Shown here: positions 53,834-63,962 of the stretch, piece by piece
Position numbering within the stretch: position 1 is the first letter of the stretch
How the letters are laid out: every line of letters starts with the position of its first letter
Origin: an uncultured Prevotella sp.
GTDB taxonomy: Bacteria > Bacteroidota > Bacteroidia > Bacteroidales > Bacteroidaceae
NCBI GenBank assembly: GCA_900315955.1
Contig: ONBC01000021.1
Coordinates: 6,715 to 70,714, forward strand
Direction: 5' to 3'
DNA length: 64,000 nt
Notes under the pieces: generated by a model
Seen by the model: the letters and a program-made list of their open reading frames with translations, nothing else
The model's database searches: none
Told to the model about the DNA's origin: nothing
Program-made: the position numbers and the translations under genes

Positions 53834-56020
53834 ATGAACAAGACAATAGCATTGCTCTTGGGCGCCATGCTTCTTGGGGTGCCTAAGACTGACGCGACAA
53901 CCATGATTGGAAAGAACAATATCACTTTAAAATCTGACTTGATGACTCCCGAGGCACTGTGGGCCATGGGGCGTATCGGCACAGCCGTTGCATCACCCGA
54001 CGGCAAGCAGGTCGTCTATCAGGTGACTTACTACAGTGTCAAGGATAACAAGAGCCACACAGTACTTTATGTCCAGCCTGTCAAGATGGGTAAGACCATT
54101 GTCAAGCCTGTCTTGCTTACAACGGATGAAAAGAGCGAGAGCGACCCCGCATGGATTGAGAGTGGCAAGAAGATAGCCTTTCTCCGCGGCGGCCAGCTGT
54201 GGAAGATGAATGCTGACGGCAGTAGCCGGGTGCAGCTCACCGACTCAAAGATCGACATCGAAGGTTTCAAGTTCTCTCCCGACGGCTCCAAAGTCATCCT
54301 CATCAAGAGTCTGCCTTACCACGAGTCGATCAAGAAGAATCCTGAGGATCTTCCGCTGGCAACAGGACGTGTCATCACGGACCTGAACTATCGCCACTGG
54401 GATCATTACGTGGAGACAGTGGCTCATCCTTTCGTGGCCGATGTCAATGGTGACAAGGTCAACGATGGTATCGATATCCTCAACGGTGAGCCTTACGAAT
54501 GCCCGATGGCTCCGTTCGGCGGCATTGAGCAGCTCGACTGGAGCAAGGACTCCAAGAACGTGGCTTATACCTGTCGCAAGAAGACAGGCGTTAACTATGC
54601 TGTCTCTACGGATGCTGATATCTATCTTTATAATGTGGCATCGAAGACAACCCGCAACCTCTGCAAACCGGAAGGTTACAAGGAACCGACGATTGACCCG
54701 ACAAAGAGTATGCGCAACCAGGCTGTCAACCATCAGAACGGTGACATGCAGGTCGGTTATGATGTCAACCCGCAGTTTTCTCCCGACGGCAACTACCTCG
54801 CTTGGCAAAGCATGGCGCGTGATGGTTATGAGAGCGACCGCAACCGCCTCTGTGTGCTGAACCTGGCTACAGGCAAGAAACAATATGTCACCGAGAAATT
54901 CGACTCCAATGTAGACGCCTTCGTCTGGGCGAACGACAGTAAGACGATCTATTTCACGGACTGCTGGCACGCCACGGAGAACGTTTATCAGACGAATCTC
55001 GAAGGCAAGGTCATGCAGATCAGCAAGGACGAATGGGCCGACTATGGCTCACTGCAGATGCTCGGCGCTGGACAGAAAGACAAGGCACTCCTTGTCACCA
55101 AGCATTCGATGACCCACCCCGATGATCTCTATGTCCTCACACCGAACAACAAGAAGGCAAAAGCTTCAGAGCTTGTACAGATCACAGCAGAGAACAAGCA
55201 GATCTTTGACCAACTCGCCTTGCCGACGATCCAGCAGCGCTGGGTGGCAACCACCGACGGCGAGAAAGAGCTCGTATGGATTATACTTCCGCCGCATTTC
55301 GATGCCTCAAAGAAATATCCCACATTATTATATTGTGAGGGCGGCCCGCAGAGCCCTGTCTCACAGTTCTGGAGCTATCGTTGGAACTTCTCCATCATGG
55401 CAGCCCATGGCTATGTCATCGTCGCTCCTAACCGCCGTGGCCTCCCGGGATTCGGCTCAGCATGGAACGAGGAGGTGTCACAGGATTGGACGGGACAGTG
55501 CATGCGCGATTACCTCTCAGCCATCGACGATGCCACCAACAACCTGCCTTATGTCGACAAGGATAAGTTGGGTGCGGTAGGTGCCAGCTTCGGCGGCTTC
55601 TCCGTCTATTATCTTGCCGGACACCACAACAAGCGCTTCAAGTGCTTCATCGCTCACGACGGAGCCTTCAACCTCGAGTCGATGTACACCGACACGGAGG
55701 AGGCGTGGTTCTCCAACTGGGAGTATGACGATGCTTATTGGAATAAAGACGCCACGGAGGCTGCCAAGCGTACATATGAGAACAGTCCGCATAAGGCTGT
55801 TGCCAATTGGGATACGCCGATTCTCTGTATCCATGGCGAGAAAGATTATCGTATCAATGCTAACCAAGGGTTCGGAGCCTTCAATGCTGCACGCATGAAA
55901 AGGATCCCCGCAGAACTCCTGCTCTTCCCCGACGAGAACCACTGGGTGCTGAAACCGCAGAATGGCATTCTCTGGCAGCGTACCTTCTTCAACTGGCTTG
56001 ACCGCTGGCTGAAGAATTAA
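53834..56020 (+). CDS. S9-family serine peptidase (prolyl oligopeptidase / acylaminoacyl-peptidase type)
   Basis: The ATG at 53834 gives MNKTIALLLGAMLLGVPKTDA (signal peptide). Beta-propeller N-domain. GASFGGFS nucleophile motif. Confidence 0.8.
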   Translation: MNKTIALLLGAMLLGVPKTDATTMIGKNNITLKSDLMTPEALWAMGRIGTAVASPDGKQVVYQVTYYSVKDNKSHTVLYVQPVKMGKTIVKPVLLTTDEKSESDPAWIESGKKIAFLRGGQLWKMNADGSSRVQLTDSKIDIEGFKFSPDGSKVILIKSLPYHESIKKNPEDLPLATGRVITDLNYRHWDHYVETVAHPFVADVNGDKVNDGIDILNGEPYECPMAPFGGIEQLDWSKDSKNVAYTCRKKTGVNYAVSTDADIYLYNVASKTTRNLCKPEGYKEPTIDPTKSMRNQAVNHQNGDMQVGYDVNPQFSPDGNYLAWQSMARDGYESDRNRLCVLNLATGKKQYVTEKFDSNVDAFVWANDSKTIYFTDCWHATENVYQTNLEGKVMQISKDEWADYGSLQMLGAGQKDKALLVTKHSMTHPDDLYVLTPNNKKAKASELVQITAENKQIFDQLALPTIQQRWVATTDGEKELVWIILPPHFDASKKYPTLLYCEGGPQSPVSQFWSYRWNFSIMAAHGYVIVAPNRRGLPGFGSAWNEEVSQDWTGQCMRDYLSAIDDATNNLPYVDKDKLGAVGASFGGFSVYYLAGHHNKRFKCFIAHDGAFNLESMYTDTEEAWFSNWEYDDAYWNKDATEAAKRTYENSPHKAVANWDTPILCIHGEKDYRINANQGFGAFNAARMKRIPAELLLFPDENHWVLKPQNGILWQRTFFNWLDRWLKN

Positions 56021-56046
56021 GAAGTTAGTTAGCATTCAACGTTCTT

Positions 56047-56070
56047 TGCGTTGCCGGTTTCGGCAACGCA
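56047..56070 (+). terminator. Intrinsic terminator after the S9 peptidase gene
   Basis: tgcgttgccg-gttt-cggcaacgca, a 10-bp stem followed by an A/T-rich run. Confidence 0.6.
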
Positions 56071-56109
56071 ATTAATTTGTTATAAAAACAAAAATAATAA
56101 AGTTATATT

Positions 56110-57522
56110 ATGGTTGAGAAATTACAACGAATACTAAGTGACAGCAAGGGCGCGCGATGGACAGCCCTCTTCATTGTCGCTTTCACGATGATGATGGGTT
56201 ATTTCATCACGGATGTCATGGACCCGCTGGAGAAGATTCTTGAGACAGGGCGCGATGCCGGTGGACTGGGGTGGTCCTCTGCCGACTACGGTTTCTTCTC
56301 TGGTTCCTATGGCTTCATCAACGTGTTCCTGCTTATGCTTTTCTTCGGGGGAATCATCCTCGACAAGATGGGCATCCGCTTCACGGGTATCATGGCCTGT
56401 GCACTGATGGTCATCGGCGTGAGCATTAAATACTATGGTGTCAGCCACGACTTCGGCGACAGCAGCGTCTACCTCAGTGTGCTCATCTACAAGGGGCACC
56501 TCCCAATGTCAGCCGTCTTTGCCTCCCTCGGCTTCTCCATCTTTGGTGTGGGTTGTGAGATCTGTGGTATCACGGTGTCAAAGATCATTACGAAGTGGTT
56601 CACCGGTCATGAGCTCGCCATGGCCATGGGTATCCAGGTAGCACTCGCCCGTCTCGGCACAGCCGGTGCCATGATGGGTTCTCTGCCTCTCGCCCAGCAC
56701 TTCGGCAACAAGGTCAGTGCGCCGATCCTCTTTGGACTGGCTCTCCTTGTCGTCGGTTTCCTCTCATTCATCGTTTACACTGTGTTGGATAAGAAACTCG
56801 ACGAGAGCATCGCTGTGGCAAAGGGCGAGAGCCTGAAGGAAGAAGAGAAACAAGCGGAAGAGGCCGACGAGGACGGACAGTTCCATTTCCGCGATCTCAA
56901 GCTCATCTTCTCCAACCCTGGATTCTGGCTTATCACCTTGCTCTGTCTGCTCTTCTACAGTGGCGTGTTCCCCTTCCTGAAGTTCGCCACAAAGCTCATG
57001 ATCACCAACTACGGTGTGCCTGAGCACCTTGCAGGCGGCATCCCAGGGCTCCTTCCTTTAGGCACCATTCTGCTCACTCCGCTGTTCGGCTCGCTCTACG
57101 ACAAGATCGGTAAGGGTGCTACCCTGATGCTTATCGGCTCGGCGATGCTCGCTATCATCCATTTCATCTTCGCCATCCATATCCTGCCTTATGGCTGGTT
57201 CGCCGTTATCATCATGATCCTCTTGGGGATAGCTTTCTCGCTCGTGCCTTCTGCCATGTGGCCGAGTGTTCCTAAGATTATCCCGATGAAGCTCTTAGGT
57301 TCGGCTTATGCCATCATCTTCTTCATTCAGAACATCGGCCTGGCGCTTGTCCCCGTGCTTATCGGTTGGCTCAATGGTAAAGACCCGACCTATACGGTGA
57401 GTATGAGCGTGTTCTGCCTCTTCGGTGTATGCGCTATTATCCTCAGCCTCCTTCTCATCGCTGTCAACAAGAAGAAACACTATGGCTTGCAGGATGCGAA
57501 TATCAAGAAAGATGTTGATTAA
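56110..57522 (+). CDS. MFS transporter
   Basis: 470 aa with a 12-TM pattern and a central charged loop (KEEEKQAEEADEDG). Confidence 0.75.
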   Translation: MVEKLQRILSDSKGARWTALFIVAFTMMMGYFITDVMDPLEKILETGRDAGGLGWSSADYGFFSGSYGFINVFLLMLFFGGIILDKMGIRFTGIMACALMVIGVSIKYYGVSHDFGDSSVYLSVLIYKGHLPMSAVFASLGFSIFGVGCEICGITVSKIITKWFTGHELAMAMGIQVALARLGTAGAMMGSLPLAQHFGNKVSAPILFGLALLVVGFLSFIVYTVLDKKLDESIAVAKGESLKEEEKQAEEADEDGQFHFRDLKLIFSNPGFWLITLLCLLFYSGVFPFLKFATKLMITNYGVPEHLAGGIPGLLPLGTILLTPLFGSLYDKIGKGATLMLIGSAMLAIIHFIFAIHILPYGWFAVIIMILLGIAFSLVPSAMWPSVPKIIPMKLLGSAYAIIFFIQNIGLALVPVLIGWLNGKDPTYTVSMSVFCLFGVCAIILSLLLIAVNKKKHYGLQDANIKKDVD

Positions 57523-57537
57523 AAGATATGTCTGTTT

Positions 57538-59745
57538 ATGAAAAAGTTTTTTCTTTCCTTTATATCATTGCTTATGTTGTCCGGCTCTGTAGCTGCTTCT
57601 GAGCCCATCACGCTCAAGCAGGTCGCATCTGGCGAGTTTGCAGCAGAACGAGTCTCGGGCATCAACCCCATCAAAGGCACCGATCAATATGCAAGCATTT
57701 CTGCCGACGGCAAGCGGATAGAAGAATATTCCTTCAAGACGGGCAAGCGTACCGCCGTGCTTTTCGATGTTGACAACACGCAAGGCGAGAAGATCACCGC
57801 CTTCGACGGCTACATTATGTCGCCCGATGGCACACGGATGCTCATCTCCACAAAACGGCAGCCTGTCTACCGCCGTTCCTACAAGGCTGAGTTCTATATT
57901 TATACCATTAAGAGCCGCAAGCTCGAGAAGCTCTCCGACGGTGGGCCGCAGCAGTGTCCAATCTGGTCGCCCGATGGTTTGCAGGTCGCCTTCGTGCGCG
58001 ACAACAACATCTTCCTCGTCAAGCTGCTCTACGACAATGCTGAGAACCAGGTGACGAAAGACGGGAAGTTCAACGAGGTCATCAATGGCATTCCCGACTG
58101 GGTCAATGAGGAGGAGTTCGAGTTCAACACCGCCATGACCTTCAATGCCGACGGCACGATGCTCTGCTGGCTTCGCTACAATGAGAAGGACGTGAAGCAG
58201 TACTCGCTCCAACTGTACAAAGGCAGCCACCCCGAGCGCAAGGAGTATGCTGAATATCCGGGATTGTACAGTTACAAATATCCGAAGGCTGGAACGGACA
58301 ACGCCAAGGTCACGGCCTGGAGCTACGACATCAAGAGTCACCGTATCCAGCAGCTCCAGGTGCCCGTCGATGCCGACGGCTACATGCCACGAATCAAATC
58401 CACGCCCAATGCCGACAAAGTGCTCGTCTATACCATGCCGCGCCATCAGGATGTTCTGAATCTCTATGCCGTCAACCCTCGCAGCACCGTGGCTCATCTT
58501 CTGCTCAAAGAGAGTGTGAAGAAATATGTTGAGGAAGAGGCTGTGGCAAGTATCAAGATTGGCAATAACAATATCCTCGTACCGTCCGACCGTGACGGAT
58601 ATATGCATCTCTACGTTTACAACCACAACGGTCAGCTGCTTCGCAAGATCGCTCCGGGCAATTACGACTTCACCGCTGTCTATGGCATGGACGAGGCCAC
58701 GGGTGACATCTATTATCAGGCTGCCGCCCTCAACCCGCACGACCGTCAGGTCTATGTAGCTCACAAGAACGGACGCATAGAGCGGCTGACGAATCAAGCG
58801 GGCTGGAACAGCGCTGTTTTCTCCGGTGACTTCAAGTATTTCCTCAATTCGTGGAGCGACTACGACACGCCTTATGTCTATACCACGCGCAGCAATGACG
58901 GTAAGATCCTCGCTACCAATGTAGACAACAAGGCTTTGAAACAGAAGCTCGCTCAGTACGGCTGGACGAAGAAAGAGACGTTCTCTTTCACTACCTCTGA
59001 GGGCGTGAAGCTTGACGGCTGGATGGTAAAGCCCGCCAACTTCGATGCCTCGAAGAAATATCCTGTCATCATGTTCCAATACAGCGGACCGGGCAACCAG
59101 CAGGTCGTCAACTCATGGGATGCCGGATCGATGGGGCAGGGCGGAGCCTTCGACGAATATCTTGCGCAGCAAGGATTCATTGTAGTCTGTGTCGATGGCC
59201 GTGGCACAGGCGGCCGTGGCGCTGAGTTTGAGAAATGCACTTATCTTAAACTGGGCAATCTCGAGTCGAAGGATCAGGTAGAGACCGCACTCTATTTAGG
59301 CACATTGCCTTATGTAGACAAGGACAACATCGGCATCTGGGGCTGGAGCTACGGTGGTTTCAACACGCTGATGAGCATGAGCGAGGGCCGTCCGGTCTTC
59401 AAGGCGGGGGTGGCTGTCGCTCCACCGACGAGCTACCGCTTCTACGACACTATCTATACAGAGCGTTACATGCGTACGCCGCAGGAGAACCCTGCAGGCT
59501 ACGACGACTGTCCGATCAGCCGTGCCTCGAAGCTCAACGGTGCCCTGCTCATCTGCCACGGCTCAGCCGATGACAATGTGCATCCGCAGAACACGTTCGA
59601 ATACACAGAGGCACTTGTCCAGGCTGACAAAGACTTCAAGGAGAATATCTATACCAACCGCAACCACAGCATCTTCGGCGGCAACACCCGCAATCATCTG
59701 CTGCGACAGATCGCTGAGTGGTTCGAAGAGCATCTGAAGAGGTAA
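57538..59745 (+). CDS. Dipeptidyl-peptidase IV (S9B)
   Basis: Signal peptide, DPPIV N-terminal propeller and GWSYGGF nucleophile. The Asp/His region (GSADDNVH) is present. Confidence 0.85.
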   Translation: MKKFFLSFISLLMLSGSVAASEPITLKQVASGEFAAERVSGINPIKGTDQYASISADGKRIEEYSFKTGKRTAVLFDVDNTQGEKITAFDGYIMSPDGTRMLISTKRQPVYRRSYKAEFYIYTIKSRKLEKLSDGGPQQCPIWSPDGLQVAFVRDNNIFLVKLLYDNAENQVTKDGKFNEVINGIPDWVNEEEFEFNTAMTFNADGTMLCWLRYNEKDVKQYSLQLYKGSHPERKEYAEYPGLYSYKYPKAGTDNAKVTAWSYDIKSHRIQQLQVPVDADGYMPRIKSTPNADKVLVYTMPRHQDVLNLYAVNPRSTVAHLLLKESVKKYVEEEAVASIKIGNNNILVPSDRDGYMHLYVYNHNGQLLRKIAPGNYDFTAVYGMDEATGDIYYQAAALNPHDRQVYVAHKNGRIERLTNQAGWNSAVFSGDFKYFLNSWSDYDTPYVYTTRSNDGKILATNVDNKALKQKLAQYGWTKKETFSFTTSEGVKLDGWMVKPANFDASKKYPVIMFQYSGPGNQQVVNSWDAGSMGQGGAFDEYLAQQGFIVVCVDGRGTGGRGAEFEKCTYLKLGNLESKDQVETALYLGTLPYVDKDNIGIWGWSYGGFNTLMSMSEGRPVFKAGVAVAPPTSYRFYDTIYTERYMRTPQENPAGYDDCPISRASKLNGALLICHGSADDNVHPQNTFEYTEALVQADKDFKENIYTNRNHSIFGGNTRNHLLRQIAEWFEEHLKR

Positions 59746-59802
59746 AGTCACACCTATCTGGGTGAGAAGAAGTATTTATTGGAAAACAAAAACAGAAATA
59801 TC

Positions 59803-60264
59803 ATGAAGACAATTATCAACTCGTACGACGAGTTTGCAACTTACATCGGCAAGGAGCTCGGTACATCCGAGTGGCTCAAAGTGGATCAGGACCGCATCAA
59901 TGCCTTCGCTGATGCTACCCTCGACCACCAGTGGATCCACGTGGACGTGGAGCGTGCCAAGGAAGAGAGTCCATACAAGAGCACGATTGCTCACGGCTAT
60001 CTCACGCTCTCCCTGCTGCCCCATCTCTGGGACGAGATCGTGGAGGTCAACAACCTCAAGATGATGGTCAACTACGGTATGGACAAGATGCGTTTCGGCC
60101 AGCCCGTTATCACCGGCAGCCGCATCCGCATGAAGGCATCCCTGGCCAACCTTGAGAACCTCCGGGGTATCTGCAAGGCCTACATCGATTTCGTTATTGA
60201 GATTGAAGGTCAGCGCAAGCCTGCCCTTAAAGGAGAAGCTCAGTTCCTGTACTATTTCAAGTAA
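59803..60264 (+). CDS. MaoC-like (R)-hydratase / hotdog-fold dehydratase
   Basis: The ATG at 59803 gives MKTIINSYDEF. ADATLDHQWIHVDVERAKEESPYKSTIAHGYLTLSL hydratase motif region. Confidence 0.75.
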   Translation: MKTIINSYDEFATYIGKELGTSEWLKVDQDRINAFADATLDHQWIHVDVERAKEESPYKSTIAHGYLTLSLLPHLWDEIVEVNNLKMMVNYGMDKMRFGQPVITGSRIRMKASLANLENLRGICKAYIDFVIEIEGQRKPALKGEAQFLYYFK

Positions 60265-60332
60265 GAAATGTTAAATATGCGTCTATTCGCAATTTTCTTG
60301 CTTAAAAAGTTTGCAGTTTAATATTAAATGGC

Positions 60333-60340
60333 TAATTTTG
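60333..60340 (+). promoter_or_regulatory. -7 promoter box TAATTTTG for the trp leader/operon
   Basis: Exact TAnnTTTG match 63 nt upstream of the leader ATG. Confidence 0.5.
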
Positions 60341-60402
60341 CAAGCGTATAATAAAACATACAACAAAAGTAACAAACAAAAAAGTCATATAACAAATCAA
60401 CG

Positions 60403-60462
60403 ATGATGAATCATGTATCTGCATATTGGTGGTGGCGTAACTCAGGATTAAAAAAGTCGTGA
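60403..60462 (+). CDS. trp operon leader peptide MMNHVSAYWWWRNSGLKKS (three consecutive Trp codons)
   Basis: 19-codon ORF with TGG TGG TGG at 60427-60435, about 45 nt upstream of a strong terminator and 140 nt upstream of trpD. Confidence 0.8.
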   Translation: MMNHVSAYWWWRNSGLKKS

Positions 60463-60507
60463 GGAGCTAAGCCGTGTGGATACTTCTGAGATACAAGAAG
60501 AAAACAA

Positions 60508-60547
60508 AAGAGGCCTGCCGTGAATCACGACAGGCCTCTTTGCTTTT
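60508..60547 (+). terminator. Attenuator terminator of the trp leader
   Basis: aagaggcctg(c)cgtg-aat-cacg(a)caggcctctt is a long stem followed by tgcTTTT. Confidence 0.8.
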
Positions 60548-60603
60548 AATCTGTAGTTTCTCAACACAAACGTAAAATAATAATTACATAAAGACATACT
60601 GAT

Positions 60604-61608
60604 ATGAACATCAAGGAAATTTTCAATCAGCTCCTCAATCACGAGGAACTTACCCGTGAGGAAACCAAACAACTGCTCATTGCTATCACAAAGGGTGAGC
60701 TCAACGATGCAGAGATTGCTGCGCTGCTGACGGCTATCCAGATGCGTGGCATTACTGTCGATGAGCTCTTGGGGTTCCGCGATGGTATCCTTGCGACGGG
60801 TGTCCCCGTGCCCCTCGACTGCGACCGTTACATCGACGTGGTAGGAACAGGTGGCGACCGCAAGAACACGTTCAATATCTCTACCACTTCCTGCTTCGTC
60901 ATCGCAGGCGCAGGATATAAGGTGGCTAAGCACGGCAACTATGCAGCGACGAGCGTCAGTGGCGCATCCAACGTCATCGCGAACCATGGCGTGGTCTTCA
61001 CCGATGATATCGACAAGCTCAACCGCTCCATCAACGAGTGCGGCATCGTCTACCTCCATGCGCAGCTCTTCGCCAAAGCCATGAAGTTCGTTGGGGCTAT
61101 CCGTAAGGCGCTCCCGTTCCCGACCTTCTTCAACCTCCTGGGTCCTATCATCAATCCTTCGAAGCCACAGTGCCAGTTGCTCGGCACCGCCACGCTCGAT
61201 CAGATGCGACTCTATCAGCAGGTGTATCAGAAGATCGGCATCGACTATGGCATTGTGAACAGTATCGACGGCTACGATGAGATCTCGCTCACGGGCGACT
61301 TCAAGGTTATCACGAACAGCTATGAGCGCGTCTTCAAACCTTCCGACTTAGGCTTCGAGATTGCCAAGCCCGAGGAGCTCGTCGGCGGCGCCACGGAGGA
61401 AGAGGCCAAGCAGATCTTCGACAATGTGCTTGCCAACAAAGCCCTGCCTGCTCAAAAGAATATCGTCCTTGCCAACGCTGCCTTTGGCATTCAGGTGCTG
61501 GAGAAAGGCAAGAAGAGCATCGACGAGTGTATCGATATCGCCCGTGAGAGCATTGACAGTGGCAAGGCATTGGCTACATTCAAGAAGTTCATCGAGTTGA
61601 ACAAATAA
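60604..61608 (+). CDS. trpD: Anthranilate phosphoribosyltransferase
   Basis: VVGTGGDRKNTFNISTTS motif. 334 aa. Confidence 0.9.
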   Translation: MNIKEIFNQLLNHEELTREETKQLLIAITKGELNDAEIAALLTAIQMRGITVDELLGFRDGILATGVPVPLDCDRYIDVVGTGGDRKNTFNISTTSCFVIAGAGYKVAKHGNYAATSVSGASNVIANHGVVFTDDIDKLNRSINECGIVYLHAQLFAKAMKFVGAIRKALPFPTFFNLLGPIINPSKPQCQLLGTATLDQMRLYQQVYQKIGIDYGIVNSIDGYDEISLTGDFKVITNSYERVFKPSDLGFEIAKPEELVGGATEEEAKQIFDNVLANKALPAQKNIVLANAAFGIQVLEKGKKSIDECIDIARESIDSGKALATFKKFIELNK

Positions 61609-61639
61609 CTGGATGGAAACTCCGAATCGCAGAGACAAT

Positions 61640-62428
61640 ATGGACATTTTAGAAGAAATAGTCGCGCACAAGCGTGTGGAGATCGACGAGCGCAAGCGCT
61701 ACGTGCCTATCCAGCAGTTCATTGGCGACATCAAGAAACAGATAGAGGCGGGTAAGCCCGCTTCCATGCGTGCGGCGCTGATGAGTTCCAAGACGGGTAT
61801 CATCGCGGAGTTTAAGCGTAAGAGTCCTTCCAAAGGCTGGATCCACAAAGATGCCAAGCCCGAGGATGTCACTCCGCTCTATGAGCGCAACGGGGCCTCG
61901 GCACTGAGTATCCTTACCGATACCGAGTATTTCGGCGGCTACGATGAGTATATCCAGCAGACGCGCAGGGCGGGCGTGAAGATCCCTATCCTCTATAAAA
62001 ACTTCGTCATCGACGAGTATCAGCTCTTTCAGGCGCGTTACTGTGGTGCCTCGGCGGTATTGCTCATCGCTGCCTGCCTCACGAAGGACGAGTGTCGTGG
62101 GCTGCAGCATCTCGCTCATGAGCTCGGTCTTGAGACGCTCTTAGAGATGCACAACGAGCGCGACTTCGAATATGCAGAGCTTGAGCCCGACATGTACGGC
62201 ATCAACAACCGTAACCTCGGCACGTTCACGACCGATGTGAACAACAGTTTCCGCCTCGCTGAGAAGTTGCCGAAGGACGTGTGCCGGGTCAGCGAGAGCG
62301 GCATCAGTAAGCCTGAGACTGTGCGCGAACTGCGTGAGGCAGGATTCAACGGATTCCTCATGGGCGAGCGTTTCATGAAAGAAGACAACCCGGGACTGGC
62401 TCTCAAACAATTCATCGAGCGTTTATAA
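61640..62428 (+). CDS. trpC: Indole-3-glycerol-phosphate synthase (alternative start at 61613)
   Basis: MDILEEIVAHKRVEI N-terminus and the IIAEFKRKSPSKG motif. Confidence 0.9.
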   Translation: MDILEEIVAHKRVEIDERKRYVPIQQFIGDIKKQIEAGKPASMRAALMSSKTGIIAEFKRKSPSKGWIHKDAKPEDVTPLYERNGASALSILTDTEYFGGYDEYIQQTRRAGVKIPILYKNFVIDEYQLFQARYCGASAVLLIAACLTKDECRGLQHLAHELGLETLLEMHNERDFEYAELEPDMYGINNRNLGTFTTDVNNSFRLAEKLPKDVCRVSESGISKPETVRELREAGFNGFLMGERFMKEDNPGLALKQFIERL

Positions 62429-62454
62429 TCGCCGGTTTATAGAAGAAGTAAGCT

Positions 62455-63159
62455 ATGATTATCAAAGTGTGCGGCATGCGCGATGCCCAGAATATTCGCG
62501 ACGTGGCAGAGCTCAACATCGACATGATGGGGTTCAATTTCTGGCCGAAGAGCAAGCGTTTCGTGCGGATGATCAGTTCGCAGGCAGGGATCCTTCCCGA
62601 CTATAGTCCGGAGCGTCTCGACTATGCGGTGAATGCCGATGGTTCCCGTCACTATGTCTTCCCCAAGCGTATCAAGCGGGTAGGGGTCTTCGTGGATGAG
62701 ATGCCGCAGACCATTGTCACCTATGTCTACAACTATTCGCTCGACTATATCCAGCTCCACGGCACCGAGCTGCCTGTGGTCATCGAGAACCTCCGCCGCA
62801 CGCTCGTGCCCGACATCGTGAAGGACATCAAGTTTATCAAGGCTTTCGGCATCTCCACCGCTGCCGATTTTGCGCAGACCCAGGCATACGAAGGCATTGC
62901 CGATCTCTTCCTCTTCGATTACAAGACACCGGAGAAAGGCGGCAGCGGCAAGCATTTCGACTGGTCGGTGCTCGATGCTTACCAGGGCAAGACCCCGTTC
63001 CTGCTCAGCGGGGGCATCGGTCCCGATGATGCTAAAGAGATTCTCAGTCTTCATCATCCGATGTTCGCAGGGGTGGATGTCAACAGTCGTTTCGAGACAG
63101 AGCCTGCCGTGAAAGATGTAAAGAAGCTGGGTGCGTTTGTCAGCGCGTTAAAACAATAA
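62455..63159 (+). CDS. trpF: Phosphoribosylanthranilate isomerase
   Basis: MIIKVCGMRD start and TIM-barrel TrpF pattern (LLSGGIGPDD). Confidence 0.85.
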   Translation: MIIKVCGMRDAQNIRDVAELNIDMMGFNFWPKSKRFVRMISSQAGILPDYSPERLDYAVNADGSRHYVFPKRIKRVGVFVDEMPQTIVTYVYNYSLDYIQLHGTELPVVIENLRRTLVPDIVKDIKFIKAFGISTAADFAQTQAYEGIADLFLFDYKTPEKGGSGKHFDWSVLDAYQGKTPFLLSGGIGPDDAKEILSLHHPMFAGVDVNSRFETEPAVKDVKKLGAFVSALKQ

Positions 63160-63185
63160 TGTAAATTCATAAAAGCTATATTGTA

Positions 63186-63962
63186 ATGAATAAAATCAAT
63201 CAAGTATTTGCCAACCGGGGCAACAGAAAGTTGCTGAGCCTGTATTTCTGTGCAGGCTGCCCCACTCTCAACGGCACGGCCGATGTCATCAAGGCCATGG
63301 AGCGTCACGGCATCGATTTCGTGGAAGTGGGCATGCCGTTCAGTGACCCGTTGGCCGACGGCCCCGTCATCCAGTCAGCAGGCACCGTTGCCCTAAAAAA
63401 CGGAATGACGACCAAGAAGCTGCTCGCCCAGCTCAAGGCTATCAAGAACGAGATACAGATTCCTTTGGTGTTTATGGGTTATCTCAACCCCGTGATGCAT
63501 TATGGTTATGACAACTTTTTCCACGATCTTGCCGACAGTGGTGTTTCTGCTGTGATCATCCCCGACCTGCCTTTTGCCGACTATCAGCAGATTGTCAAGC
63601 CTATTGCCGACAAATACGATATCCGCGTCATCATGATGATCACTCCTGAGACGAGCGACGAGCGTATCCGTTTCATCGATGACAATACCGATGGCTTTAT
63701 CTACATGGTTTCTTCCGCCAGCGTCACGGGTGCACAGAAAGAGTTTGATGCCAAGAAGGTGGCTTACTTCAACCATATCAACAGTATGAACCTTCGCAAC
63801 CCGCGTATGATCGGTTTCGGTATCAGTAACAAACAGACCCTTGAGAGTGCGCAGCAGAATGCAGCCGGTGCCATCATCGGCAGTAAGTTCGTCACCCTCC
63901 TCAGAGAGCAAGGAGATCCCGACAAGGCGCTCGACCAGCTCATGGAGGACCTTAGCAAATAA
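63186..63962 (+). CDS. trpA: Tryptophan synthase alpha chain
   Basis: EVGMPFSDPLADGPVIQ active-site loop. 258 aa. Confidence 0.9.
   Translation: MNKINQVFANRGNRKLLSLYFCAGCPTLNGTADVIKAMERHGIDFVEVGMPFSDPLADGPVIQSAGTVALKNGMTTKKLLAQLKAIKNEIQIPLVFMGYLNPVMHYGYDNFFHDLADSGVSAVIIPDLPFADYQQIVKPIADKYDIRVIMMITPETSDERIRFIDDNTDGFIYMVSSASVTGAQKEFDAKKVAYFNHINSMNLRNPRMIGFGISNKQTLESAQQNAAGAIIGSKFVTLLREQGDPDKALDQLMEDLSK

Noticed and set aside
62560-62670. TrpF looks about 25-30 aa longer than typical, with an extra segment (SQAGILPDYSPERLDYAVNADGSRHYVFPKRIKR) after the second strand.
   Set aside because: I cannot judge this without an alignment. Loop insertions in TIM barrels are common and the frame is intact, so it is not strong enough to report.
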